In this document: positions 37,700-51,430 of the stretch, piece after piece
Position numbering within the stretch: the stretch's first letter is position 1
How the letters are laid out: the number at the start of each line of letters is the position of its first letter
Assembly (NCBI RefSeq): GCF_006345805.1
Contig: NW_021834220.1
Coordinates: 7,631-71,630 of the forward strand
Source of the DNA: Octopus sinensis
Lineage: Eukaryota
Reading direction: 5' to 3'
Length of the DNA stretch: 64,000 nt
Position numbers and translations under genes: made by a program
The notes under the pieces: model-generated
Seen by the model: the letters and a program-made list of their open reading frames with translations, nothing else
Told to the model about the DNA's origin: nothing
The model's database searches: none

Positions 37700-38900
37700 T
37701 AGATTTTGTATTGGATGTATAAAAGGTATGGACGATAGGTGTAAAACTCGGCAATGGCAGAGCAAGTACATTGGTAATCGACGAAAAATGATAATTTGAA
37801 TAAATGGTAAAACTTTAGTATTGGAGTCTGAAAAATAAAACAATGGAAAAGAAGACGAGAAGAAAACTCGCATATAATGTATTCAGTCTGCCCTAAAATG
37901 AAACATGAAACTACGACAGAAAATAACTTTAGTATAAATGGATCATTGAATGACAAAAGACAAAAACTAACTTATTTTCAAGGCCAAATAGAAAACAGAA
38001 ACCGAAGCAGAACTAGCGAAAGAAATACTACAATGGTTGCGCAAATAACGAATACAAAACTATGAAAAATATAAGATTTTGAGATCGTAAGTTACGAAAG
38101 TAGTCCTAACACATGGAAAAGAAACTAAGTAAAACAAACACAACACAACAAACCCCAAGTTGCCAAAAGAAAGCTGGCTATCAAAAACTTAACCAGAATC
38201 ACGCCAGCAAAAAAAAAAAAAAAAGAGTAAAAGGGAATATGATTAAGAATAGAAAATTCTAAAGATGGAAATATGATATGAAAAATATCTAAAGGTGGAA
38301 AAAGTTAAAGAATCAATATCGTTAGAAGATATGACGAACGAATGTACCACCCAATGATAAAACTCGGCGATAAAATAACAATAATAATAATAAAAAAAAC
38401 AAACCCGATCATCGCAGACTTAATTAAAACAGACGCGAAAATCAATATTACCAGGATAAACGAAATATTACATACGGCAACTACTGAAGTTAGAGAGGAA
38501 AGTGAACACTCCTTCAGATCTATTCATATAGGAATATGAAAACCCAAGTAAACAACATGGATACAAGCATACAAAAAAGATGGAAAATACAAGAAAAGGT
38601 CTGTCAATCCTTAATGAAATTAATAACGAAAAGGTACAAAGAGAGAAAAAAGAGAGACAAATACTACAGAAATACAACATAACAAAACTAAGTCCACGAA
38701 ATCAAAGAACATTTGAAACAAGAGATGCTCACAAAGAATCGTCGCTATGAAAAGCGATGGAAATTCTTTGAACAAAACAAGCAGATCGGTTCCAGCCCTA
38801 AACGGTTTTATGAAGAATTATGTAAAAAAAAAAGTAAACACAAATCTATGTCACATGTACAGCATGAGAAATCGGAATATTCCTGGGGGTATACATCGAT
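37700..38900 (+). pseudogene. Heavily decayed N-terminal (pre-RT) region of an R4/Dong-like LINE
   Basis: Fragments IIADLIKTDAKINITRINEILHTATTEV and LKQEMLTKNRRYEKRWKFFEQNKQIGSSPKRFYEEL resemble the LKQKL..KAQRxRRY.KR.KFY.QN..F...PKQFY.EL segment upstream of the RT in this clade. Confidence 0.55.
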
Positions 38901-39089
38901 GCTGAAAGAATCACCTCGGATGAGATTGCTTAAAACAAGAAGCACAACCCCTAAGCTATCATGTACGTCCATTTCAACATTAAAAGTGGTCCAGACTTTG
39001 AATAATGCTAAAATTTATGTTCCTGGAAATGAAAAGATTCTAAAACCTCTGGCCGAAATATGTGATATCCTCAGCTAGATATACTCGGA

Positions 39090-39290
39090 GTGTGACATGC
39101 ATACAATCATCCAGGCTCTTGTTTCCAATCCATCTTTTGATGAAGTCAGTTAAACCATTTTCCCCTGTCTCTGGCTCTCTTTAAACTTCCTGTCAGGATG
39201 GTCCTGAATAATGACTCGTGTTGCAGTGTATGCCTTAAATATGATAGATTTTTGAACTTGATTCTAGACAATAAGTACCTTTAGACTTTC
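39090..39290 (-). pseudogene. RTE-like LINE 3' coding remnant
   Basis: The minus strand gives SRIKFKNLSYLRHTLQHESLFRTILTGSLKRARDRG, similar to IKxRKLxYFGHxxRxxSLxKxILxGxxxGKRxRG. Confidence 0.55.
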
Positions 39291-39732
39291 GGCTTGTTTA
39301 TTACACATGAAAACCTTCTCTAAAAATCAGAAAATGACTCATTCACTTGGAAAAGTCGCAAACCTTAATTCTAAAGAAAAAATCCCTACCTAGTACTGAC
39401 ACGTAACATGTCCTACATCATAAAAGAGCCTTAATTGCAGAAGATACATAAATACATAAAATAAACAATTTTCATATATTTGTTTTGCAAGATTTTCGAT
39501 GTGAAATCGTGTGTTGAAACAGATATTGTTGTATTTAGGAATGGCCATTTTGCCAGTTTAGCCAATAATTTTCAGAAGAATGAAAAAAGAAATTGCTAGA
39601 AAGGCTTATGAGGTGTAAACGTTTAACAGAAGCATAGATTAAATAACAGAAAAAAATATTCAAGACAACTGAATAATGGAAACATTCGCTACGAGTAAAA
39701 ATAACATTAACAATAAGTGGAAGAAGTGAAGT

Positions 39733-40068
39733 GACCCCCTTCGGTCAGACACTGACCATGGGTTTGCACCCAGAGAGTTACCCTCTGAGGCACAAGTCTG
39801 GGCAAGATTGTTTTATGGAAGACCAGAAGTCGCCCATGCATACTGGTCTCCCCTCTCCACGTCACCGATGTTGTCCAAGGGAAAGGCAAGGGCTGATACA
39901 GCTTGGCACCTGTGACGTCGCAACTCATTTCTACAGCTGAGTGAACTGGAGCAACGTGAAATAAAGTGTCTTGCTCAAGAACACAACACGCAGCCCGGTT
40001 TGGGATTCGAGCTCACAACCTCACGATCGTAAGCACGACGCTCTAACCACTGAGCCACGCGCCTTCAC
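39733..40068 (-). mobile_element. Family-C SINE, full length
   Basis: Matches 1703-2033. Confidence 0.92.
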
Positions 40069-40681
40069 AATAAGTAAGTATATAAAAATACGTATTGGGT
40101 GGATGGCAAATAAATTCTGCTGATGTATAAAAAAAAAATGAAAGGTTTATTAAAACAAGTCCCAATTTCATTTAAAAGAGCAATCCTCCAGCGCTGACAC
40201 GTCCCTGTAATCATTTTCTGCCTGAAGTTAGTATGATTAAGCGATCTGTCAATCTAGACTTGACGTGGTTAATCATGAGGAATTAACCATCTTTTGTATA
40301 TGGACGACTCCATGCTGTTTAACTGTAGCTAAATAACTAAATACATTGCTATATACAGGAGTTGAGTGCAAAAATTCACGAAAGTAATAGATATAAAAAT
40401 ATTCTAATATTGGTTCCAAACCTTATAATAGGGACAGTAATTTCAGGGGAGTGGGCAAGTCGCTTACATCGACCCCGGTGTTCAACTGTTACGAATTTAA
40501 TCTACTCCGAAAGGATGAAACACAAAATCACACTGGGTAGCATTTGACCATAAAATCGGACGAAATGTCCAGCGTCATAACGATTCTGCGAAGCACCCGA
40601 CTTAAGATTATCTCATTATCAAAATTAGACGTAATTGTAAATTAATCAACTATACATACATACATACATACATACATACAT

Positions 40682-40787
<106 letters not shown>

Positions 40788-41132
40788 CAATGTATTTTAT
40801 GTCGACGATATGATGCTGTATACTGTAGATAAATGGCAAGAAATACTGCTATATACACCAGTTTAGTGCAACAATTTACTATAGCAATAAATCAAGAATA
40901 CCTTAATATTTGTTTAGAATTTTAAAACAAGAACAGTGATAAGGGGGTGGTGGTAAATCGTTTACACCGATCCCAGGGTTCAAGCAGTACTAATTTTATC
41001 GATTCCGAAAGTATGGGACGCAAATTCGACCTCGATGGCATTTGATCATAAAGACGGACGAAATGCTGCTAAGCATTTTCTCCAATGTGCTAATGATTCT
41101 GCTGGTTAACCGCCGTATGTAACAATAATAAA

Positions 41133-41203
<71 letters not shown>

Positions 41204-41205
<2 letters not shown>

Positions 41206-43691
41206 GAAGATATAAGATCTGCTCTCAGGAGGTCAAGCAAATGGAAGTCTCCAGGAAAGGATAAATTTCCTAACTTCTGGCTGAATGCCTTCCCAGAGAG
41301 CCATGAACTGCTAACAGAACTGTACAATGATGTTTTGCAACACCCTAGTAGGATGCCCCCTTGGCTAGTTAATGAGTTAACATTCCTGCTTCCAAAAAGT
41401 GAAGAAACAAATGAACCAAAAAACTATAGACCCATAACCTGCTTAACAACTATGTACAAAACGCTAACATCTGTCCTGACGGAATATACCTATAGTTTTT
41501 TAACAGACAGCAGCATATTCCCTAATAAACAGAAAGGATGAAAACGTGGATCCTACGGCTGTAAAGATCAACTACTCATCAATAAGATGATCTTAGAAGA
41601 TTGTCACAAACGACACAAAAACTTATCAATAGCCTGGATAGACTATAAAAAGGCTTTTGATAGCCTACCACATAGCTGGATTAGGAAATGCCTGGAAATA
41701 TATAAGATAGCACCTACTCTGCGAAACTTCTTGACTGTAAGTATGAGATCATGGAGAACCACACTAATTCTGAACAGTGACAATGAATCCCTAAATGCTG
41801 GTGATGTAAAAATTTCGTGTGGCATTTTCCAGGGTGACTCACTGTCACCACTCTTCTTTTGTTTATCCTTAATACCTCTCTCAAAGCTGCTCAATGACGC
41901 GCAGTACGGGTATAAAATGTTTGATAAAAATATAAATCATCTCATTTACATGGATGATTTAAAGCTTTTTGCAAAAAATGACCAACAACTCAAGGGCTTA
42001 TTAGCGATAGTCAAACAATTCAGTGACGACATCAGAATGCAATTCGGCCTCGATAAATGTGCAAAAGCTACCTTTATCAAAGGAAAAATGACAGAAACAT
42101 CTAACGTTAACATTGACCAGCAGAATGTCATAAAAGAACTAGACCCAGCGGAGAGCTACAAGTACCTAGGGGTAATTGAAGGGAACGGCATAAGGCATTC
42201 AGAGATGAAGGAAAGGATCAGGAGAGAATGCTATCGAAGAGTGAGAGCAATACTCAAGACAGAGCTGAATGCAAAAAACAGGATCGAAGCGATCAATGCA
42301 TTAGCCATACCAGTCGTGACTTACAGTTTCAATATTGTAAACTGGTCAATTACTGAAATATGTCAGCTCGACAGAAAAATAAGGAAACTGTTGACAATGC
42401 ATAGAATGCACCACCCTAAGGCAGATACAGAACGACTCTATCTGCCAAGAAAAGAGGGAGGCCGTGGTCTTTTGCAACTGGTAATAACAATGAAGATTGC
42501 TACAATTGGCCTAGACACCTACCTGAAAAACTCTGAGGACTGGATGTTAAAACTTGTCTCAAAACATGAAAACAAGAAAGCATCATACTCAGTCACAAAA
42601 TAGGCAAAGGAATATCTAAGTGAAATACAACCAATTTCGGAATTAGAGATAGACATACAAGAAACAAGCAAAGAAAAAGCTAGGCGCATGAAAACCCGTG
42701 CCAAAACTGCGGCCTTAGATATTCTGAATAATAAATGGCAAGAAAAACCTCTCTATGGCAAATACCCTAAGAGAGCGAATAATGCAGATATCGACAAAGC
42801 CCTGACCCATCAATGGCTAATGGCCTCTGGCTTAAAATCTGAAACAGAGGGGTTTATCATAGCAGCTCAAGATCAATGCCTACCAACAAGAAATTACCAG
42901 GCCAACATATTAAAGAACGGCAGTAGCCCAACATGTCGTGTATGCCGACAACAAAATGAAACCATTGATCATGTTGTCTCCAAATGCAGTCTTCTAGCGC
43001 CTACAGAGTACCTCAATAGGCATGATAGAGCTGCACAATATATTCACTGGGTAATTTGCAAAAACCTGGATTTGCCCCATGAAAAAAACTGGTGAGAACA
43101 CAATCCACCTCCAGTGCTTGAAAATGACCACATCTCACTCCTCTGGAACTTCACCATTCAAACTGACAGGAAGATAGATGCAAATAGGCCAGACATCATA
43201 TTGAAAGACTTCAAACAAAGAACATGCCTCCTCATTGATATGACTGTCCCAATCGATATAAACGTATCTGTCAAGACCTACCAAAAACTGAGGAAATATA
43301 AAGATCTTGAAATAGAAATCAGCAAAATGTGGAAGCTGAAGACTAAAACAATACCTGTTGTCATAGGTGCCCTGGGAATGATAGCGAAAGAGACTGATTG
43401 CTACCTAACTCAGATACCAGGAAACCCCAAAATGGCAGAAATTCAAAAGATAGTGCTCATGGGAACTGCTCATATCCTACGCAAAATACTCTCTATGTAA
43501 TCCCAAGGTTTAAAACAAACTTTTTTTATTTTTATTTTTTATGTTTATGTATTAGACATTCACTAGTACAACACCAAAAAAGCACCCCCCCCCAAATATA
43601 TGGCACAGAACTTCCAACCTGTTGTCTCTTGAGGTCTCTGGGTGAGACTTGGAGCCAACTTGTACAGACATAAAGCAAAAGTCAAACATAG
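41204..43691 (+). mobile_element. 5'-truncated R4/Dong-clade non-LTR retrotransposon (RT + CCHC + restriction-like endonuclease) in an (AAT)n tract
   Basis: One frame from 41203 to 43500: WKSPGKD, NYRPITCL, IAWIDYKKAFDS, GIFQGDSLSPLFF, HLIYMDDLKLFA (YMDD 41947-41958), YKYLG, CRVC...HVVSKC, RPDII...LIDMTVP, K..KY. Premature stops at 41539, 42601 and 43093. The 3' UTR ends at ~43691 in AAT repeats. Confidence 0.95.
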
Positions 43692-43715
43692 AATAATAAT
43701 GATAATAATAATAAT

Positions 43716-44172
43716 GCGTTACAGCAAATATTCTGCTCAATACCATAGATTTGCTTGTCAGTTGTTTGACCTTAACCAGTTGAGCATGTCCCTTAGTGGC
43801 TGACTATATATGCATGTCTGATCACGAGCAGAAGTAATGGGGGAGCATCATAGCCATGTGTTGAGAGGGATTCTTGGAGGTCTGAATAATCCACCTCTGG
43901 AAACATGGGTGTTTCGTTCAATGTCCTTAAACAACCCTTATTCAGGGACATTTTGAGCGGAATGGGTTACTCGACCAGAAGAAAAGTCTAACTGGGCTCC
44001 AACTGCAAGGTCATCTGCTGTTTATCTTGATATGAGATCACCATGTCGCGCACATATGTTTGTGATGCATGTAGTTAGTGTACCCTTATCAGACGGGTAG
44101 TCGTGATAGGTATATTGGGCTTCGTATATTTTACCCAGTGTCACTTTGATGGCATGCACAGCTCTCACACTC
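43716..44172 (+). mobile_element. Element D, 5'-truncated copy, between the LINE tail and (AAT)n at 44173-44220
   Basis: Colinear with 27706-28163. Confidence 0.88.
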
Positions 44173-44220
<48 letters not shown>

Positions 44221-44788
44221 CGTTTCTACTAAGGGCACAAGGCTTGAAATTTTTGGCGCGGAGACTCTATATATATATTCTTCTATTCTTTTACTTGTTT
44301 CAGTTATTTGACCACGGCTATGCTGGAGCATCCCCTTTAGTCGAACAAATCGACCCCAGAATTCACTGTTTGTAACCCTAGTACTTATTCTATCGGTTCT
44401 CTTCTGTTGAAGCGCTATGTTACGGGGTCGTAAGCATACCAAGGCACACATATACATATGACTTGGAAGTATTTTGACTTCTATTTTTAGCGAAGCGGGT
44501 GCTTATGTAGTACCCTAGCAAGTATAGATATATTTATATATCTTGTATATATTTTATTAATTTGCCTACATGGCTATTCGCTCGCGGCCATTAACGTAAT
44601 TATTATATCGTTCTTTTATATGTAGATATATATATATAAAATGTAATAAATGCTAAAACTAATTTCTGTGTCAGCGTGTCACACTTTGTCCCCCTTACTT
44701 ACTATTCAATGACACTTCTACTATCACTGATGCTGGGGTGAGTGTAATAGGAGGCATAGAGACGGTGAGAGCGGTGGCGAAGAATAAG

Positions 44789-44827
<39 letters not shown>

Positions 44828-44890
44828 GAAAAATTTAGGGAGAGTTGATGTTTTATTAAAAGTATTAGTGTTGATGGTGGCAGTGGAAGT

Positions 44891-44940
<50 letters not shown>

Positions 44941-45007
44941 TGTGTGTATGTGAGAGAAAAGGTACTGAACACTGTAGGAGCATACAAAACTAGCATTTTT
45001 TTCCCCC

Positions 45008-45410
45008 TGGGGCTGAGACATGGCGAACAACAGTTAAGGCAAATAAACAAATGCAATCATTCATCAACAGTATACTTAAAATTAGATGGCCCAAACGCAT
45101 ACGCAATATGGAGCTATGGCAAAGAACAAATCAAGTTTCGATTAGGGACCAAATATTTAAGAAAAAGTGGAAGTAGATTGGTAGCACAATTAGAAAAGAC
45201 ACACCAAATGTAGCGAAAAGTGCTTTACCGTGGAATCCGGTTGGATATAGAAAGAAAGTAGGCCTAAGAACTCGTGGCGAAGATCAACACAAAAGGAACT
45301 AGAGAAAGAGGGACATTCATGGCAGAGTATAAGTACAGAAGCGAAAAATTATGCGACATGGAATTCAACAATAAGTGGTCTATAGTCCGCATTGGAACGT
45401 TAAAGGTAGG
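45008..45410 (+). pseudogene. RTE-clade LINE 3' end
   Basis: GAETWRTTVKANKQMQSFINSILKIRWPKRIRNMELWQRTNQ...KKKWK*IGSTIRK...ALPWNPVG.../RPKNSWRRSTQKELEKEGHSW. Confidence 0.85.
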
Positions 45411-45676
45411 AAAAAAATATATACACTAGTAGTGCTGAAAAGTTCCTGAACTAACATACTGAACGAATATACTGAACACTGATGTTATTGGGGTGATATT
45501 AATAGTTTTAGCTGTTGTTGTGATAGAGGCGGAGGCGGCGGTGTTGATGGTGATGGTGATGGTAGCCGAGGTTGTCAGGGATGACGGTGAGAGTGAACGA
45601 TGTTAAAGACAGTGGGCGATGAAGTCAAAGTTATTGAGGGTGGTGGCGTGAGAAGTCTGAATGGTGTGTTTCGCAG

Positions 45677-45913
45677 ATGTGGTGGTACTGTTTTGTATCA
45701 TGCAGCAATAAGTTCCAAGTCAACAAATTTGTATATAAGACACACGCGGAAGGACAGGTGAAGCTAAGCGATCCTCATTCATATTTTGAATTTGGCGGTG
45801 CTAACATTGAACATGAGCGATCTAATGCCGTTAGGTGGAAAGATTCGTTCAAATATTCTAGTACCTTCGAATTATCACGGAAAACCATGCTGACGAAGAA
45901 TATGGTTAGTAAA
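45677..45913 (+). CDS. Candidate coding exon, frame and boundaries ambiguous
   Basis: Acceptors tttcgcag|45677 or tcatgcag|45706, and donor AAA|gtatgt. The open frame reads ...NKFQVNKFVYKTHAEGQVKLSDPHSYFEFGGANIEHERSNAVRWKDSFKYSSTFELSRKTMLTKNMVSK. An alternative frame gives CGGTVLYHAAISSKSTNLYIRHTRKD ending at AG|gtgaag. Confidence 0.45.
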
Positions 45914-46156
45914 GTATGTTTTTTTATATTCTTTATGAAAAACCTAATTCAGAAACGCGCGTCCATGGACGACCAGATATTGATTGATTTACGTTGCTTT
46001 ACTCTCTGCCTGTGTGAATAACCTTCAAGTATTTTGGTTTCTCTGGAAGACCCTTTTTAAAATAGAAGAAATAGCTAAGATTTTTGGCTGCTATTTCTGA
46101 GCTTCGGTGTGTGGTGAAACAATTCTTTGCTGAACCCTTTTTATTAGTATATATAT

Positions 46157-46248
<92 letters not shown>

Positions 46249-46639
46249 ATATATATTATTACGGAGATGTACTCGCATAGCAAGTAATTTGATCTGAGAT
46301 CGTGTGCTGAAACGAAAACAATTGCAGCGTGGAAGGTGTTTATAAGCCATTTAAGAAACACACAAAAGCCGTTCGATTCACTTCAACATTTAAGTTTAAT
46401 TTGTCAAAATATTTTCGTCGCTAAAATATATATATATATATATATGGGCAAGCACTTATCTATTAACTGACAAGGGAGACCAACTTTCCTACAGCAAGCG
46501 AAGGGCGTCAGAAAATCGATGATTTCAGATTGAATTAATCCTCATCGGTGACACATCTTTTCTTGGGGTTAAATTGAACTCGCCTTGTCAGTTTATAGAA
46601 AATACCATAGAAATCTCCTATGGTATTTTCGAGGAAGAG

Positions 46640-47045
46640 GTCTAGTAGGCGACTGTATCGACCTCAGTCTTCGACAGGTACTTAGTTTATCGACCCCGAT
46701 AGGAAGAAAGGCAGAGTCGGTCTTGTCGTCATTTGAACTCGGAACGTAAAGTCGTAGGAAATGTTGCTAAGCATTTTTTTCCGGCGCAGTAACGATTCTG
46801 CCAGCTCGCTGCCCTATATATGCAGCAGTATTTCTTCATCTCCTTTTCTTACGAGAATAAAAAATTTTTAATAAGTACTAGAAAGGAATATAACAGAAAT
46901 AGGTATTTCGTCTGCCGTTACGTTCTGAGTTCAAATTCAGCAGAGGTCGACTTTGCCTTTCATTCTTTCTGAGTCGATTAGATAAGTACCAGTTACGCAC
47001 TGGGATCGATGTAATCAACATAGTCACTTTCCCCCATATTTGAGG
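46640..47045. mobile_element. Adjacent inverted family-A SINE pair (- at ~46640-46812, + at ~46897-47045)
   Basis: Opposite-strand copies about 85 nt apart. Confidence 0.8.
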
Positions 47046-47389
47046 CCGTCTGCTTCCAGTAAACAGGTTATTTAATCCAGAATTATCTTTGTGAATTACC
47101 GAAAATTCCTCATGCCCCACGTGAAATATTTCCCTTGTATCACATGTTGTTATTAAACATTGCCGTCAAGGGCTTAAGCTGTATTTGTACTTCTAAAATT
47201 CCCATGACACTAATTAAAGCAGTAAACTTACGTGACCTTTTATTCAGAGTGTTGCACTCACGATTACAAGATTGCAGTTTCGATTCGAGGAGTGAACAGT
47301 GAGTTGTTTATTTGAGCAAAACACTTCAGTTCATGTTGATCCTGACAATAAGCTGTATATAAATAAACCTGAGGCGTATGGGCACCCTG

Positions 47390-47945
47390 CTCGCGAAATT
47401 ATTTTTCCCACGCGAGTTCCGGACCCCAGTAATGAACTCATTTGCATACAGCCAATCAGATTTCACCTTGACCTTGTTGTCAAGTTAACAAGCACACTCT
47501 ACCAAGTAAACTCAAGACGTCGAACGGTGTTGTAAGTCGACTGATTGCCAAGTTATTCCTGATTTTAGAAGGAGACAAGTAATTAGATAGATTTGCATCT
47601 ATACTCATGATCGGATTTTGTTAGGGGCCCGAATGGTAAAGATGTGGATGGGAAAAATGTGGGTAGGGGGTGATGCGCTTGCAACCCTCTCTCCTTACTG
47701 TTTTACAAAGTAAGCAACACAAATAACTATGCAGAGACAGCCATGGTTGAAACAAGAACAAGAACAACAAGCATTATTAAAAGAGGAAAGAAGCATGGCC
47801 GTTCTTTAACCAAATGACCTTATCTTATCGCCCATCACTTGTTATGCGCCCATAAATTAGTTTGAGAGCTGAGCTCTGATTGGCTGTATGCAAATGAGTT
47901 CATAACTGGGGTCCGGAACTCTCGTGGGAAAAAAATCTTCGCACC
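47390..47945 (-). mobile_element. Octamer/CCAAT-TIR MITE, second copy, inside a + strand family-C-related SINE (~47240-48030)
   Basis: TIRs TTTTTCCCACGCGAGTTCCGGACCCCAGTAATGAACTCATTTGCATACAGCCAATCAGA and TCTGATTGGCTGTATGCAAATGAGTTCATAACTGGGGTCCGGAACTCTCGTGGGAAAAAA. The interior is colinear (reversed) with 19630-20000. Confidence 0.88.
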
Positions 47946-48419
47946 TCACTCAGAGGGAACGCTGGGATCTCAATCATCACATATTCAGCATTGAAGCAAG
48001 GTAATCAGCTCTACGAGTTCTAAGACTCGCGTTAAAAATGGCCATGGGTTAACGTTACTAATGAAAAGCAAAACTACTTCACCATACTTTTAGTACGAAA
48101 ATTCAAAATTCTACCACATTAAATGTTAATTTCCTGGAAGTTTCCTACATGTTCTTTGAGAGTTGCAAATAACGGCTGTTATTTTTGCTTTTTCTATCGC
48201 TTTTTCCACCAGAGACTTAAATTTTAATTCATTAAGGAGATTTTGTTTACGTCATTCGGTACAGCATCAAATTCTTGATGTATTTAAATTCATAGCATCG
48301 GCCCACTTCGAGTATTTCCATTAGCATGACTTTACAGTTTCATACATGTGTATGCGTGCGTGCATGTGTGTATGTGTCTGCGTGTGCATGTATGTGTGAG
48401 TGAGTGAGTGTGTGTGCGA

Positions 48420-48601
48420 GTCAGGTTTATATATAAACATAAAATATATAAAATGTATAAACGTATATATATACGTGGGTGTATGAATATATACATCTAT
48501 ATCAATGTATATATCTATATATTTCTATTATATATACCTAAATAACAATTATGTATATATATATATTTAAAATATATATGTATATACATGTATATATATA
48601 T

Positions 48602-48635
<34 letters not shown>

Positions 48636-48844
48636 CATACACAAGCATATTTATATATAAACACAGATATACATACACGGTTATATATATATGAAAACGC
48701 TTATAAACATACTATATAATATACATACATACAAGCATGCATACCTACAAACATATATACATACATACATACCTACATATATACAAACTAAAATACACAC
48801 ATGCACACTCATATATATATCTATATATATATACACATACTTAT

Positions 48845-48875
<31 letters not shown>

Positions 48876-48886
48876 CATACTTATAG

Positions 48887-48920
<34 letters not shown>

Positions 48921-49436
48921 GCATATACACGCACACACACGTAATGTTTTAAGGAAAGTACGTTGTGAAACATAACTGATCTTAAACAATGAACATCGCT
49001 GCCTCCCTCCCTCTCTCTCTCTCACTCTTTTCCTCCTTAAGTCTCCATCCCCCACACACTTCCACTAACCGTCTTCCTCACTATCTCTTATGTTCACTCC
49101 CTATCCCTCTTTCTCCCCCTCTCTGTATTTTATCTATATATCTAAATAAATTCAATACCTTCTGTCTGTTTATTACGGCTTCATCCAATATTTTCTTTCC
49201 TGAAACATTAACAAAACAAAACGTTAAGATGAAGCAGAAAGCTACATTATGTATAATAATTTATTACACAAACGCACACACACGCACACACACACACACA
49301 CAAAAACACACACAAAAACACACACACACACAAACACACACACAAACACACGCACTTACTCACACATACACACTGAAATATGTATGATTATATATGTATG
49401 TAGTTATACATATATTTATAATATATATGTATATAT

Positions 49437-49527
<91 letters not shown>

Positions 49528-49631
49528 TATATATATACATATATGATATATATATACATATATGATTATAGAAATATGTATATACACATATTTATATATA
49601 TCTATATATAAATGCATACATGCATACATAC

Positions 49632-49701
<70 letters not shown>

Positions 49702-50222
49702 ATACATACATATATACGTGTATGCGTGTATGTATGGCTGGATGTATATTTTATTTTTTTTATCACAACGAATTTAATTTCCGCTTCAGTAAAAGTAAAT
49801 GAAAATATAAAGAAAATATGAAAAACGGATAATGAATAACATAAAATTTTATTAAAAACAACAAACAAAACTATATATAGATATACAAAAAAACAACAAC
49901 AAAAAACACCAAAAAAAAACATATAGAGAGACACGAAGATGAGAAGAGGGGAGAGGAAAAATTCGAAAATGGAGATGAATGGGAAGATAGAGAAATAGGC
50001 AGTATGAAATGAAAGAATGAAAGGACAAAAAGAAGGAAAGAAGGGAAGGAAAGTGAATGAACGAATGAGTGAATAGATGATGGTGAGAATGAAGTTGGAA
50101 TGATATTTGGAAGAGGACATGGCTGGAAGAGAAAATAAGGATGTATGTATATTTATATAGATATATATAAGTATATGTATACTATATATGTTGTATATAT
50201 AGTTATATGTATATTTAATATG

Positions 50223-50279
<57 letters not shown>

Positions 50280-50569
50280 TATGTTATATATATACATTTA
50301 TATATATATATATATATATATATAATACACATACATATATATATACATACATATATATATATATATGTATGGATATATATATGGGTGTATAATCTATAAC
50401 GTAAATGTGTGTTGTGTATAATATTGTGTATAAGTGTATGAGTTTATAATATGCTTGCTGTATGTATATACATATACCTACACACACACACATATATATG
50501 TATAATATACACTCATATATATATATATATAATAATATATACGTATCTATTTGTATATATATACATATA

Positions 50570-50609
<40 letters not shown>

Positions 50610-50654
50610 CGTATCTATTTGTATATATATACATATATATATATTTATATATAT

Positions 50655-50702
<48 letters not shown>

Positions 50703-50990
50703 TATGTTATATTATACTGTATATATATATAATATATAATATATATACACATACATATTATATACATACATATATCTATATATATATGTATGGATATATA
50801 TATGGGTTGTATATCTATAACGTAAATGTGTGTTGTGATAATATTGTGTATAAGTGTATGAGTTATAATATGCTTGCTGGATGTATATACATATACATAC
50901 ACACACACACATATATATGTATATATATACAATCATATATATAGATAGATATATAACGTATCTAGTGTATATATATACATATAATATATT

Positions 50991-51026
<36 letters not shown>

Positions 51027-51430
51027 GTATCTATTTGTATATATATACATATATATATATTATATATATATATATATATAATATAATATATTATACACAC
51101 ACTATTATGCTTGTCTACATATATACGCTCACACGCTCAAAATGTTACATACATGTGTATATACGAGTATAGCTATAAGTATAAAGAGAATTGATGTTAT
51201 ACATGTATACGTTAATATGTGTGTGCATGTGCGTGTTAGTGTATGTATGCATATATACACACATTGCTTTGTATGTGAACACACGCAAACACATATATAC
51301 GCACATACACACACATATATATACACACAAATATATATGCATGTACATAAGGGTATGTATCCTGATATATACAAATCTATAATACACACATACGTACGTA
51401 CGTACATACATACATGCGTACATACATAGT
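48420..51430. repeat. Large (TA)n/(CA)n/(TACA)n field, including a ~420-bp higher-order duplication (50362-50520 vs 50783-50940)
   Basis: Direct reading. Confidence 0.9.
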
